A stretch of DNA of 64,000 bases from an uncultured Chthonomonadaceae bacterium (GTDB lineage: Bacteria; Armatimonadota; Chthonomonadetes; Chthonomonadales; Chthonomonadaceae), in assembly GCA_963817895.1 (NCBI GenBank), contig CAWFQB010000003.1, positions 384,001-448,000 of the forward strand, in the 5' to 3' direction. The notes beneath the pieces are model-generated. The model saw only the letters and a program-made list of their open reading frames with translations. It was not told the origin of the DNA and did not search any database. Below are positions 21,189-32,270 of this stretch, one piece after another (within the stretch, counting starts at the first letter, position 1; each line of letters starts with the position of its first letter). A program made the translations under genes and the position numbers.

Positions 21189-22225
21189 TGCAAGCCGGTA
21201 CGCCCGACCGTATGCCCGCTGATTTGCGGGCCGATATTGCGCGGGGACGCGCGGTTCTGGCAAACCGGGCGGCGCGTTCCTCCGGCGGAAACAGGCGCGG
21301 ACAGGAGGCGGTTGACCGCCTCCTCGAACTGCTCTGGAACCCGGACGGCGCTGTTCGCCATGCCGCCGCCCACGCCCTTCCGGGCGGGGATGGGCAACAC
21401 GCGCATATTCCGCATTTCGGCCACTTTGTCGGCGCGTTTTTGCGCGGGCTTGCCGATGGCGAGAACTCGCGGAGCATGCCCGCAACGGCTGCCGAGCGTT
21501 ACGACTGCGTTGCCGAGGTTTTGCGCGGCCTGCTTGCGCAGAACATTCGTGAAATACGCGGCATCGGCAACATGAACTACTCGTTTCTGAGCAGCGCGTT
21601 GTATCTCGCCGTATTCGCCACCTGTCGCGACGTTCTGCTGACAATCCGGCGATTGCAGGTGTCACCCGCGCAGGCGGAACTTTGCAGCCTGCTGTGGAGC
21701 CTGCCCCGAAACGGCGCGTCCTGCCGCTTGAACGGCGCGGACGTGGAAACACTGGCCCAATTTGCCGGGGAAGCCCTTGCCATGCTGCCGCCCGATTGCC
21801 TTTCGGACTACTGGCATTGCCTGACACACGGTTCGCCGTCGCGCCGTATTGCGGCTGTGTCCGCGCTGGCCCATTTTCAAGACCCGCGCAGTGTGCCGCA
21901 TCTGCTGGACGTGTTGCAAACCGATCCCGCGCAGACTCCGGCGGTTGCGGTTCCCATCATCCGGTGTCTGGCGCGAATGGAAGACGGACGCGCCTTGTTC
22001 CTGCTGCAAACCCTGTCGGACAATCGGGCAAAATCGGTGCGTCTGGCAGCCCGGTCTGCAGTCGCCGCCATTGAGCGGGCCGGCCACAAACAGCCGTCCC
22101 GAACCCTGCTGCGGGCCACGCATTTTGACGACGCCAATCATTCTGAAACCATGCTGCGCCCCGTACCCGTAAATCATCATAACACCGAACCGCCGGAAGA
22201 GATGCTGCGTCCGGCGGGTTCCTAA
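21188..22225 (+). CDS. HEAT-repeat domain protein
   Basis: TGATG overlap with the upstream gene; HEAT-like repeats (AVSALAHFQDPRSVPHLL, IIRCLARMEDGRAL); tail RTLLRA..MLRP. Confidence 0.7.
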   Translation: MQAGTPDRMPADLRADIARGRAVLANRAARSSGGNRRGQEAVDRLLELLWNPDGAVRHAAAHALPGGDGQHAHIPHFGHFVGAFLRGLADGENSRSMPATAAERYDCVAEVLRGLLAQNIREIRGIGNMNYSFLSSALYLAVFATCRDVLLTIRRLQVSPAQAELCSLLWSLPRNGASCRLNGADVETLAQFAGEALAMLPPDCLSDYWHCLTHGSPSRRIAAVSALAHFQDPRSVPHLLDVLQTDPAQTPAVAVPIIRCLARMEDGRALFLLQTLSDNRAKSVRLAARSAVAAIERAGHKQPSRTLLRATHFDDANHSETMLRPVPVNHHNTEPPEEMLRPAGS

Positions 22226-22316
22226 ACAGGTAATCGGAGCGAGTTCGTTATTCAGATATTTCTATCAACCGCGAACTATCAACTATCAACTGTTTAGCCT
22301 GTCAGGAGAGCGCGTT

Positions 22317-23382
22317 ATGAGTGACCTGTCTTCGTCCGCATCCTCATCGGGAATGTCCGAACGCATGTCTGCCGCCAAATCTGCTGATTTGCGAGAGGCC
22401 GGTTCCGCACCGCCCTTGCCGCCGCTTCCTGATGACGCGCAGGCGGTTGAGGAACAGGAAGCGAGTTGGACGCCCTCGCCCGAAGTGCTGTCCGCATGGG
22501 ACGCGAAACTGTGTGACCTGTGGAGTCCGAGCCTGAGCGTTGCATTGTCTGCCGCAGGCGAACTGTTCGCGCCCCTGAAGCCAGACCCCGATTCGCCGGA
22601 GCGGGTGGAAGCGCACGTCAGCGCGGAGTTCTGGCGGCTGCTGACCAGTCGGCAAAAACATCTGCCGAACACAGCCTTAGCGCGGTATCAGTGCGTTGTC
22701 GCGACCGTATGGCGATTGCTGCGGGCGATGCGCCAATCCCCCACCGCGCCGTTTGTCGAGGAGCATCTGGCAGTGGCCCTGCGCGCGGTTCGCGTGTTGC
22801 GCGCGGGGATGCTGACGCCCGAAGTGTGCGCCGCCATTTATGATTTTCATCGCGGCCTGTGGTCGCCCTATCTCACCAAACCGCAGATTTATATTTTACG
22901 AACCGCGCTGTCGGAAACCCTTGCCGGCCTGCCTCCCGACACCATGCAGTCTTTCTGGGACGGACTGGAGAGCCGCAATCAAACAATGCAGCGGGCCATG
23001 CTGCTGGGCCTGACCCTGCTGCGCGAAGCCCATGCCGTGCCTCACATGCTTATCGGGCTGGAGCAGACCTGTACCCATGCCGCCCGTACCGCCATTGTAG
23101 AAGCGCTGGAAGAGATCGGCGACCCTCACGCATTGGGCGCGCTGGCGCGGCTGCGGCGCGAAACGGCAGGCTACGACTGGACTCTGTCGCGCCAAATTGC
23201 CCGTACCATCCGCGTCATCGAGCAGCAGAACCCCGGCGCCCACGTCCGGGTTCTGCTGCGCCGCGTCCGACACCCCGCCTGATTTCGATTTGCTTCTGCT
23301 GCGCCCCGCCGCCCACACGCCCTCCGACAGCCAGAACCCCTCAGATCGCGACGCGCTTCTGCGTCCGCGAGGTGGCGAGTAG
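22317..23382 (+). CDS. HEAT-repeat domain protein (paralog of the upstream gene); frameshift near 23265
   Basis: Motifs HAVPHML, IVEALEEIGDPHAL; the shifted frame continues LLLRPAA..LLRP as in the paralog. Confidence 0.7.
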
Positions 23383-23608
23383 GCAACGGATAGGAGGGTA
23401 TGCGCAATATCCGTTTGGAAAGCAGGCATCTCAATAACGTATTCTACATTCACCACAAAATTTCTCAAACCCGCCGTGAGGCCGGGCGTCCGCCGCGTGT
23501 CGCGCGGAAGGACATTGCTTGCCGTTCTTGACGAAAGCGCGTCTGTATGCTATACTATGATTGGTTTCGTGTTGCGGGAGAGATTCCCCGCGACACGGAT
23601 CAGAATAC

Positions 23609-23682
<74 letters not shown>

Positions 23683-24281
23683 TACAGGTAAAGAACATCG
23701 CGAAGAGGCGATTTCAACATGCAACGCTTTCGCGCCGGAACCATCGGCGCGAAAGCGTTTGCGCGTTTGGCGGCGCAAACGCGCAGTTTTGCCTGCACAG
23801 CCGGTAAATTTCTGGTATCATGGAGAATATTCTGTGGAACGAAGCCTGTAAATCACGCGGATGGTTCATCAATAAAAACATGTAGCCTTTTGGAAAGTCG
23901 CTCGTCTATCTATCCAATATTCCTTTTCAACCCTGTGAAACCTCAGTTTGAAATTTGTTCTGAACCTTATGCGCCAAACTCCCGTAAAATCACTGAATAC
24001 GCTTGACGTAGCAACCGTTGCTGTGCTAATCTTAAATGGTAGTGTGTTTGGAATGTATTTAAGTTCACCCCCACCGTTTTGATTGTTGGGCGTCAACTCC
24101 CCGTAATCCATGCGCTTACGGGAAAATAACGTTTGTGGAGCAGGGGCGCTCCCCCATTGCTTTTGCCTTCGCGCGAGCAACGCCCGCCTGATCCCTTTCA
24201 TAGATCGGATTACAGATCGAAAGGCAAGAATTGGGAATAATCGGCTGCGACGTAAAAACTGTGGAAAGGCGAAATCTGCGC

Positions 24282-25094
24282 GTGGAGGAAACTCTGCCAA
24301 CGATGCAGCCTGATTCACCATCTCGGAGAACGTACGAACTCATCAAGCGCGGCGTTGACATTGTGGCCGGTGTGGGAATGCTGTTGCTGTTCTTCCCCTT
24401 CCTGCTTCTTGCCGCCGCTGCGGTTCGCTGCACGTCGCGCGGCCCCATCATTTTCAAGCAGGTGCGGGTGGGGCGCTACGGACGCCTGTTTATGGTATGG
24501 AAGTTTCGCACGATGACCGATGACGCGGATCAGTGCGGGCCGCTGATTACCGCCGCCGACGACGCGCGTATCACGCAGGTAGGCCGATGGCTGCGCGGCT
24601 GCAAAGTGGACGAACTGCCGCAATTGGTGAATGTCGTCAAAGGAGAGATGAGTCTGGTCGGGCCGCGCCCGCAGGTTCCGCGCTTTGTGGAAGCGTTTCC
24701 GGCTGACGAACGCGCCATTATCGTTACCGTTCGCCCCGGCATTACCGGTCCCACGCAGCTGAAATTTCGCGAAGAAGAGGACATGCTGCGCGGGCAGGAG
24801 AACCGCGAAGAGTATTACATCGAAAACCTGCTGCCCATCAAGTGCCGTATGGACGTGGAATACGTGCGGCAGCGTTGCCTGATGCTCGACATTAAAGTGC
24901 TGTGCAAAACCGGCACCGGGATTACGCTTTCCCTGCTGCGCCGCTTGATCAGGCGTTCCGCGTCCGGCATAAACAGGTCGGAAGCCATCGTTGAAATCGG
25001 GCCGGAGCGTTTGCCGCACCGCGAACGCTACACGCCGCATGAAGAGTACCGCGAAGAGAACGACAAACCCATTATTATGAACTCGTCCTCCTGA
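24282..25094 (+). CDS. Bacterial sugar transferase (priming phosphoglycosyltransferase)
   Basis: Motifs KRGVDI, RVGRYG..KFRTM, DELPQLVNV.KGEMSLVGPRP, RPGITG; start uncertain. Confidence 0.92.
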   Translation: MEETLPTMQPDSPSRRTYELIKRGVDIVAGVGMLLLFFPFLLLAAAAVRCTSRGPIIFKQVRVGRYGRLFMVWKFRTMTDDADQCGPLITAADDARITQVGRWLRGCKVDELPQLVNVVKGEMSLVGPRPQVPRFVEAFPADERAIIVTVRPGITGPTQLKFREEEDMLRGQENREEYYIENLLPIKCRMDVEYVRQRCLMLDIKVLCKTGTGITLSLLRRLIRRSASGINRSEAIVEIGPERLPHRERYTPHEEYREENDKPIIMNSSS

Positions 25095-25121
25095 ATTGTA
25101 TGTTCTTCCTCCTTGATTCTC

Positions 25122-25162
25122 AAAAAGCGCCCCGAAAGCCTTCTGCTTTCGGGGCGCTTTTT
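25122..25162. terminator. Bidirectional intrinsic terminator
   Basis: aaaaagcgccccgaaagc-cttct-gctttcggggcgcttttt between convergent genes. Confidence 0.85.
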
Positions 25163-25178
25163 CGTCTTTGAGACAACC

Positions 25179-25320
25179 CGTAGGGACACAACTTGTTGTG
25201 TCCGCATGGTCGCTTGTTGTGTCCGCATGAGGTTGATGGAAGCAGGATACGAAGGAGGATGCGGAAGGACGATGCAGAAGGAGGACACGGAAGGAGGACA
25301 CAACAAGTTGTGTCCCTACG
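25179..25320. repeat. GTAG-type REP doublet (REPIN-like)
   Basis: cgtagggacacaacttgttgtgtcc at 25179-25203 and its exact inverse at 25296-25320; third copy at 42867-42891. Confidence 0.9.
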
Positions 25321-26596
25321 GGGATTTATTTATCTGTTTGGAGTCGGCGAGGCGTTCGCGGCGTTTGGGCGCGGCGGTCAGTTCGGCGAAAAGATGCTCA
25401 TATTGATCCGAAACGCGCTGGCGGGTGTAGAACTGCTCCACATAAGCGCGTCCGCGCTTGCCCATTGTTTCGGCCAGATCGCAATCGTGATACAGGCGCG
25501 TAATCGCGGCTGCCATGCCCGTCGCGTCTTCGGCTTCCGCGCACAATCCGCAATCCGCTTCCCTGATTACTTTGTAGGTATCGCTCGCGCTGTCAACGGT
25601 CGCCACTACGGGACGCGCAACCCCCATGATCGTCCACAATTTGCTGGGAACCGAGTCTTCGGTCAGGCCGCGTTTTAAGGGAATCAGGCACACGTCGCCT
25701 GCCGAATACAGTTCCGGCACGCGCTCATACGGCTGAAGCGGCAAAAACGTGACATTGCGCAACTGCATCGTTTCGGCCTGCTGCCGCAATTCGTTTTTGG
25801 ACGCGCCGTTGCCCACAATGAGAAAATGGATGTCGGGCAGGCCCGTCAATTTTTGCGCCGCCTGTAGAACGGTTTCCAATCCCTGCGACAGCCCCACGTT
25901 GCCCGCGAATACGACCACGAATTTATCGTTCAGCCCGTGTTCCCGGCTGAACGCATTGAGGCGCGGGCGCGGCGAAACGAAATCCACGTCCACAAAATTG
26001 GGGATGATTTTGAGTTTTTCGGCGGGAACATTTTTCGCCACCAGATTGCGCTGAAAACAATCGGAAATCACGCTGACGGCTGCGGCCTTGCGGTACACGA
26101 ACAGTTCCATGCGCGAAAACAGGCGAATCAAGCGCGGGTTTTTCAGGACGCCGAGCCGGACGGCCACATCCGGGTAAATGTCCTGCACATTGTAAACAAA
26201 CGGCATTCGCTTCAACGCGCTTGTAAACCATGCGGTAATACCATTCGTGAGGGGCGGGGAGGGCGCGAACAATACGTCATGGCGTTTGGTGAAAAGAATG
26301 GCGAGGGCGGACGTGATGTTGAAGGAGATATAATTCAGCAATCGCCCCGTTAATTTGCTTTTGTTTGCCGGCACATACAGATAAACCCGGCGAATATCCA
26401 CGCCGTTCTGCTGTTCGCGCGCCCACAGTTTGCCCCGGTATTTCGCCTCCACCCTGTTGTTGTCATAGTGCGGCATCCCCGTAATTACGGTGACTTGATG
26501 GCCTTTACGCGCCAGTTCTTCCGCCAGCAGGGTGATAAGAATCGCGTTTGTCGCGCTTTCCGGGCGATAATACGTGGTTAAAAAGAGAATACGCAT
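25316..26596 (-). CDS. Glycosyltransferase family 4 (WbuB/WcaI-like)
   Basis: Motifs MRILFLTTYYRPE, VQDIYPD, FAGNVGLSQGLE, VPSKL. Confidence 0.92.
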   Translation of the reverse strand: MRILFLTTYYRPESATNAILITLLAEELARKGHQVTVITGMPHYDNNRVEAKYRGKLWAREQQNGVDIRRVYLYVPANKSKLTGRLLNYISFNITSALAILFTKRHDVLFAPSPPLTNGITAWFTSALKRMPFVYNVQDIYPDVAVRLGVLKNPRLIRLFSRMELFVYRKAAAVSVISDCFQRNLVAKNVPAEKLKIIPNFVDVDFVSPRPRLNAFSREHGLNDKFVVVFAGNVGLSQGLETVLQAAQKLTGLPDIHFLIVGNGASKNELRQQAETMQLRNVTFLPLQPYERVPELYSAGDVCLIPLKRGLTEDSVPSKLWTIMGVARPVVATVDSASDTYKVIREADCGLCAEAEDATGMAAAITRLYHDCDLAETMGKRGRAYVEQFYTRQRVSDQYEHLFAELTAAPKRRERLADSKQINKSP

Positions 26597-26658
26597 GATA
26601 AAGTATACGGAACAACTCGCGATAAAAAGTCGTGTAAAGTCGTGCTCAAGAGAAAAGT

Positions 26659-27612
26659 TCAGGGATTTGAGGTTCGCGCCAGTTCTTCCACAACCGCGTG
26701 GGCCAGCAGGGGAACCATGATTTCGTGCCGCCCGATGAGCGTATAGCCCTCGCCCCCGACAGAAGGCGGACGGCGAACGATGTTTTCCGTCGGGCGGTAG
26801 TGCGCGGTCATATCCATGTTGACCGCGCAAAAGTCCTGCAAACGCGCCCCCAAATTCTGCGCAATCGTAAACGCTTTGAGAAACACTTCGGGCATGATGA
26901 CGGCGGAACCGATATTCAGGTACACGCCGCCGCTTAACTCCTGAACCGCGCCCGTAAACAGCCGGAAATCGTTGAACGACGCCTGCCCCGTCGCCGCGCC
27001 ATTGGCGGACGGGTGCATGTGAATGATGTCGGTTCCCACTGCGACGTGAACGGTGACAGGAATATCTAATTCCCGTCCCGCCGCCAGCAGGCTCACTTCC
27101 CGGCAGGGCGCGTCGCTTTCCAGCAGCGCGTCGCCCAACAGCCGGCCCATGCCCGCTTCCGGCGCGGTCAGGACGCGGTTGATCGCCCCATTCATCTGTT
27201 CGCCGGTTTCGCGCGCCATGCCGAACGTGCCGTGTTCCAGCCCCGCCGCAACGTCTTCCGAGGTTTCGCCAAACAGGGCCAGTTCAAAATCGTGAATGGC
27301 TCCCGACCCGTTCATCGCAAGCGTGGTGATGATGCCGCGCCGCATTAAATCAATCAACAACGGCCCCAGTCCGCATTTTACCACATGTCCGCCGATGCTC
27401 ACTATAACGGGCCGCCCCCGCCGGTGTGACTCGGCAATGCGGCTGACAACCGTTCGGAACTGTTCCCCCGCCAGTATTCCCGGCAGCGTATCCAGAAACT
27501 CGACAAACGAGCGTCCCGACGCGGCAGGCTGCGCGAACCGTTCCCTCGCCACTTTGTTCCGGCGCGTTTCCAGCGGTATTGTTCGCACTTGCGACAGATC
27601 AACAGGACGCAT
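26659..27612 (-). CDS. Deoxyhypusine-synthase-like fold protein (GSU2086-like), function unknown
   Basis: Motifs GGHVVKCGL, AMNGSGAIHDFE, VHVAVGTDIIHMHP, NIGSAVIMPEVFLKA, GRHEIM. Confidence 0.7.
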   Translation of the reverse strand: MRPVDLSQVRTIPLETRRNKVARERFAQPAASGRSFVEFLDTLPGILAGEQFRTVVSRIAESHRRGRPVIVSIGGHVVKCGLGPLLIDLMRRGIITTLAMNGSGAIHDFELALFGETSEDVAAGLEHGTFGMARETGEQMNGAINRVLTAPEAGMGRLLGDALLESDAPCREVSLLAAGRELDIPVTVHVAVGTDIIHMHPSANGAATGQASFNDFRLFTGAVQELSGGVYLNIGSAVIMPEVFLKAFTIAQNLGARLQDFCAVNMDMTAHYRPTENIVRRPPSVGGEGYTLIGRHEIMVPLLAHAVVEELARTSNP

Positions 27613-27630
27613 GGGATGCGATTCCTTCAA

Positions 27631-27723
<93 letters not shown>

Positions 27724-27732
<9 letters not shown>

Positions 27733-28725
27733 TCCTCTCAGTTCTTCCAGTGTCACCGGGGCGGTTCCCAGTTTGCCGACAACGATTCCCGCCGCATGGT
27801 TTGCCAGTCTGGCTCCCTCTTCCAGGGACGCGCCCGCCGCAAGGGCAAGGGCAAGGGCGCTGATAACGGTATCTCCCGCGCCGGTCACGTCGTATACGCT
27901 TTGTCCCACTGTAGGGATATGAACGGGGAGTTGGCCCGCGACAAAAAGCGACATGCCCTGCGCGCCCCGCGTCAGCAGCAATGCGCTGCCGGGGAGGAGT
28001 TCCAGCAGCCTGTCGCCAATAGCCTGCACATCGGTTTCAGAATGAATTTCGATCTGCGTGGCCCGTTCCGCCTCATGCGCGTTTGGGGTAATTACGGCTG
28101 CGCCCTGATAGCGCGTGTAATCGCTGCCTTTGGGGTCTACAATTACGGGCTTGCCATGCGCGCGCGCGCAGTCAATCAGGCCGCGAATCAGGGACGGCGA
28201 CAAAACGCCCTTGCTGTAATCGGACAGCACACAGGCTCCCACATTCGCCATTCGCGCGTTTGCCCATTGCAGCAGCGCGGCCTCCTGTTGGGCATCCAGC
28301 GCGTGGCGCTTTTCCGAATCTACGCGCGCCAACTGCTGGCTGTGCGCCACAATGCGCAGTTTCGTGGTTGTCGGACGGGTCGAATCGGAAATCAGGCCCT
28401 CGGTATCAATCTGCGCGTCTTGCAGCAAGGCGCGCAAACGCTTGCCCGCGTCATCCCTGCCAACCACGCCGCCCAAATGAACATGCCCGCTCAAATGCGC
28501 GATGTTGTTGGCGACATTGGCGGCTCCGCCGGGCATGTAGCTGCGCTCCCTGACCTCCACAACGGGAACGGGCGCTTCCGGCGAGATGCGGCGAACATCT
28601 CCCCATACATACTCGTCCAGCATCACGTCACCGACAAGAAGAACGGTTGCGCGGGCAAAATTATTGAGAAGCAAGCGTGGCGGGGGCAGGGGGTATGACG
28701 CGGCCAATTCAAGATCATCCATCAA
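27724..28725 (-). CDS. rfaE1: D-glycero-beta-D-manno-heptose-7-phosphate kinase (PfkB family, HldE kinase domain only)
   Basis: Motifs VGDVMLDEYVWG.VRRISPEAPVPV, GGAANVA, SDYSKG, DPKG, DVTGAGDT, VVGKLGT. Confidence 0.9.
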
Positions 28726-28918
28726 AAAATCTCATCAGGTTGTCGCGGTCAGCCCAAACATAAGCGGTAGCGTATGCGGGGCAGGCAACCCCCATGTTCC
28801 CGTTTGGAAGCGACGGGACAGGGGCAGGGTTGGCGACAATACATTTCTTAAAAATATTATTCGGGGGTAGTTGTCCGACTGTGCAAGTATACCATATCTC
28901 GCGCCAAACACAGGTAAT

Positions 28919-30040
28919 TCACGACCGGGCTATCTGCGCGTAGACTGCAAGCGTGTCCCGCGCGGCCTGTTCCCACGAGAAGCGGTTCGCGTTCGCCGTT
29001 CCCTGCGCCCGCAGTCGGACGCGCAAATCGGGATCGTTGAGGCACTGGCGCAACGTTCGCGCCATGTCTTCCACGGAAACCGGATCGAAATACGCGGCCC
29101 CCTCCCCGGCAACTTCGGGCAGGGAAGCGGCGTGGGAGCAGGCAACGGGAACGCCGGCGAGTTGGGCTTCCAATGCGGGCAGGCCGAACCCCTCGTACCA
29201 GGACGGAAACACGAACAGATCGGCATGGCGCAGCAGAACAGGAACGTGGGCGTCCGGCAGATAGCCCGCGCAAACCACGCGCCCGGACAGCCCAAGCCGG
29301 ACAATATCGCGCGCGACATTGGCTTCGGGCGGCACATGCCCGATTAAAACCAGATTGTGCGCAACGTCAGGGGAAAGCAGGGCGAAGGCGGCAAGCAGGC
29401 GGGGAATGTTTTTGTTCAGGCTCTGGCTGCTGAAAGCGACGATGTACGGGGCGTTCAGGCCATGCGAACGCAGAATCGCGCGCTGTTCCTCCGAAGAGTA
29501 GGTCTGGTCAGGCTGTTTCGCGGCCTCATGCACGACGGTAACTTTGTTGGCGCGAACCCGCAAATGCTGCACGATCTGCTCTTTGGAAAACTCCGATACC
29601 GCAATGATGTGGTCGGCGTGGTGGGCGGTCTGGCGCACGAAAAATCCCAGCACAACCCGCTTGTCCGCGCGCATCGCCCCTTTGAACGCGCGATAGTTGA
29701 GGTCGTGAATGGTGACGACGTGCTTGCAGGGGGCGTGAATCGGGCCGACATAGCCGAGCGAGTGAAGCACGTCCAATTCTCTGTGCTTCAACTGGCGCGG
29801 CAGAGCCAACTGCTCATACCGATACCGCGCGGACCGGGCATGCGCCCGCACCGGGCAGACAATCCGCTCAAAGTTGGGGGCGGAGGGCAGCGGCAAATCC
29901 CGCGCCTCCTCATTGACGAACAGCGCGTACTCGTGTGGTTCAGGCCGATTTGCCAGCGCCCTGAGCAACTCCTGCGCGTATGTTTGCGTGCCGCCCACGA
30001 TGCCGGGAAGCAGATAAAGCAGATTGATGCCGATTCGCAT
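28919..30040 (-). CDS. Glycosyltransferase family 4
   Basis: Motifs VTIHDL, NKNI, FPSWYEGFGLPALEA, SLPEVAG. Confidence 0.93.
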   Translation of the reverse strand: MRIGINLLYLLPGIVGGTQTYAQELLRALANRPEPHEYALFVNEEARDLPLPSAPNFERIVCPVRAHARSARYRYEQLALPRQLKHRELDVLHSLGYVGPIHAPCKHVVTIHDLNYRAFKGAMRADKRVVLGFFVRQTAHHADHIIAVSEFSKEQIVQHLRVRANKVTVVHEAAKQPDQTYSSEEQRAILRSHGLNAPYIVAFSSQSLNKNIPRLLAAFALLSPDVAHNLVLIGHVPPEANVARDIVRLGLSGRVVCAGYLPDAHVPVLLRHADLFVFPSWYEGFGLPALEAQLAGVPVACSHAASLPEVAGEGAAYFDPVSVEDMARTLRQCLNDPDLRVRLRAQGTANANRFSWEQAARDTLAVYAQIARS

Positions 30041-30049
30041 GTGTCGCCC

Positions 30050-30859
30050 CTAAAACCCGACGCCCAGGGAAAACGCGAAGAATTTGCCGCGCACCAGCCC
30101 CACATTGGCATTGATGTCAAATGAGCCGCGCCCCCTGCCGATTTGCTGCGCAATCAAAACGCCCTGATTGAAGCCGAAGCCGTCATATTCCAGATAAACC
30201 CGCGCCGGCCCGCCAAGCCAGTAACTCGCGGAACCGAAGCCGTTGCCGAAGCGGTGCGTTCCCAATCCCGCGCTGACAAAAAGCGGTCGGTCGCTCCCGA
30301 CATCTACCGGGTACGTGAACACGCCGAAAATGGATTGGGAGGAGTTGCGGTCTGTCGGCTGCCCCGCGCCCGCCGAACCGCCCCGACCCTGCCCGTCCTG
30401 AACGCCGATGGATACGCCAAGCCGATTTTTATGGACGGGAATCAATCCCACCTGTAGATTGTATACCTGATCCAGAGCGTAGCTTTTGATGAAATCCGTA
30501 AAGGCGATATTGAACTGCCCGAAAGTGTGTCCATACGTGCCGACCAGCGTTCCGTTCACCTTTTTGTCGTCGAGGGAGAACGCGCCGCGAAAGTTCATGC
30601 CACCGTTGCCAAAGAAAAAAGAATCGTGTCCCAGAACGTAAGCGGTGGGCGTGGAGAACGCGGTGGGGCCGGTCAGGGAGCGATGCCCCCGCTCATCCGT
30701 GCCGTAACCGCCGCCCGCCAGCCCGGATAGATTCCGATACTGCGGATAGTCGTTTTTGCCCAGAAAAGGGTCCATCGGAGCGTTCTGTCCGAACGTTCGC
30801 AGCGGCAGCGCCGCAAAGCCTGCCAGAAGACAGAAGCGCCCGAAAGTATGTTTGCGCAT
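30050..30859 (-). CDS. Putative outer-membrane beta-barrel protein (YjbH-like)
   Basis: Signal peptide, amphipathic beta strands, C-terminal Phe (FSLGVGF), polysaccharide-locus context. Confidence 0.55.
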   Translation of the reverse strand: MRKHTFGRFCLLAGFAALPLRTFGQNAPMDPFLGKNDYPQYRNLSGLAGGGYGTDERGHRSLTGPTAFSTPTAYVLGHDSFFFGNGGMNFRGAFSLDDKKVNGTLVGTYGHTFGQFNIAFTDFIKSYALDQVYNLQVGLIPVHKNRLGVSIGVQDGQGRGGSAGAGQPTDRNSSQSIFGVFTYPVDVGSDRPLFVSAGLGTHRFGNGFGSASYWLGGPARVYLEYDGFGFNQGVLIAQQIGRGRGSFDINANVGLVRGKFFAFSLGVGF

Positions 30860-30899
30860 GCAATATTCCTTTGTTCAGGCCACCATAGCCTTGTGTTGG

Positions 30900-32270
30900 T
30901 TATCTATCTGAGCCTTCGCCGTCCGCTGTCCTGCGCCGAATACAGGCGGGACACAGCCCACATGCGGCGGGAACCATCAGCGCGGGATCAATCATCATGC
31001 GATAGCGCGGCAGGCTGAAAAACACGACTACGATCAGCGCGTAAAACAGGGGTACGGCGGCCAGCGGCCAGAAAAAGCGCAGGTCTTTGCGCAGCAGCCA
31101 GTAACCGCGCAGGGCGCACAGCAGCAGCGCCAACCCCGGAACCCACACCAGGACGGACTGCCCTTTGGGATGGTTGCCATCTCGGATGAGAAACAGGAAC
31201 AGCTTGTTCGGTATCAGTTGCAGGGGGCGCAAAGGGTGCTGCCGCATGTAGTCCATTGCCGCCCGCCGTAACAGCGCGTCCTGCCGCATCTCCCAATCCG
31301 TTGTTACGGGCAGGGCGTGAATGGCGGCGCGAGTTTCGGGCGTGAACCAGATTTCCTTGCCGTCCGCCTGATACGTTCCCCCGTTGGCGACCGGCCCCTG
31401 CCCCCGAAACAGATTGGTTCCACTGGTATTCGTCAGCACGAAGGCCCCAAAATCGCGATGATTGCGGATCAGCCAGGGCGCGTACAGCAGGCAGCAGACC
31501 CCGACAGCGCAGGCCATTTGCGCGCAACGGGAGGGATGCCGCCAGCCCATTCCCAGCAGCAGCAGCAGGCACAGGGGCAGACATTCCGAGCGTGTCAGGG
31601 CCAGCAGCCCCGCCGTCACGCCGAGAATCAACGCGCTTTTCCAGCCCGCTCGTTTCCCCGCAAACTCCGCGCCGTTCACGTCGTTCGTGATTTCGCAGGC
31701 CGCAAGCAGAAAACACAGCAGCAGCAGCAAAAAGAAGTTCAGCGGATGCACTTCGACAACAGAATACGCCAGTGTCGGGTACGTGGCTCCCAGCAGGGCC
31801 GCGACAATGCCGATACGCCCTCCGAACAGGCGGTTTCCCAATGCGTACAAACACGCGCACCACAACCCCCCGGCCAGGCAGTGCAGCAATTGAACGCCAA
31901 TCAGCGCCGTCCGGTCGTTCAGAATGGCGGGAAACGGCAGGCCGCGCAATCGAAATACGAGCGCCAGGAACAGGGGGTACAGCGGCGGCTGATAGGCCGA
32001 AGGCATAGAATTACCCCACAGCCTCTCCATCGTGAAATCGCCCCGCGTGAGCAGACCATGCGCCATGCTGACGTATTCGGAACCGGCATACGTGAAAAAT
32101 CCGCGCGTCAGCCCCTCGCCCCACGTATCCACGTAACCCACCGCGAACAATCGCAGCAACAGGGCCAGTCCGAACAGGAGCAGCGCGATCCGTGAACGAA
32201 ACACGTCTGCGCCTTGCCCTCGGGCGTTATCGGGCCAATCGCAGCCCGTTTCAGGCAGTGGCGACGGCAT
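30900..32270 (-). CDS. Polytopic membrane glycosyltransferase (GT-C, ArnT/PMT family)
   Basis: Motifs AYQPPLYP, LTRSE, PWLIRN, PRYR; multiple TM helices. Confidence 0.75.
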   Translation of the reverse strand: MPSPLPETGCDWPDNARGQGADVFRSRIALLLFGLALLLRLFAVGYVDTWGEGLTRGFFTYAGSEYVSMAHGLLTRGDFTMERLWGNSMPSAYQPPLYPLFLALVFRLRGLPFPAILNDRTALIGVQLLHCLAGGLWCACLYALGNRLFGGRIGIVAALLGATYPTLAYSVVEVHPLNFFLLLLLCFLLAACEITNDVNGAEFAGKRAGWKSALILGVTAGLLALTRSECLPLCLLLLLGMGWRHPSRCAQMACAVGVCCLLYAPWLIRNHRDFGAFVLTNTSGTNLFRGQGPVANGGTYQADGKEIWFTPETRAAIHALPVTTDWEMRQDALLRRAAMDYMRQHPLRPLQLIPNKLFLFLIRDGNHPKGQSVLVWVPGLALLLCALRGYWLLRKDLRFFWPLAAVPLFYALIVVVFFSLPRYRMMIDPALMVPAACGLCPACIRRRTADGEGSDR

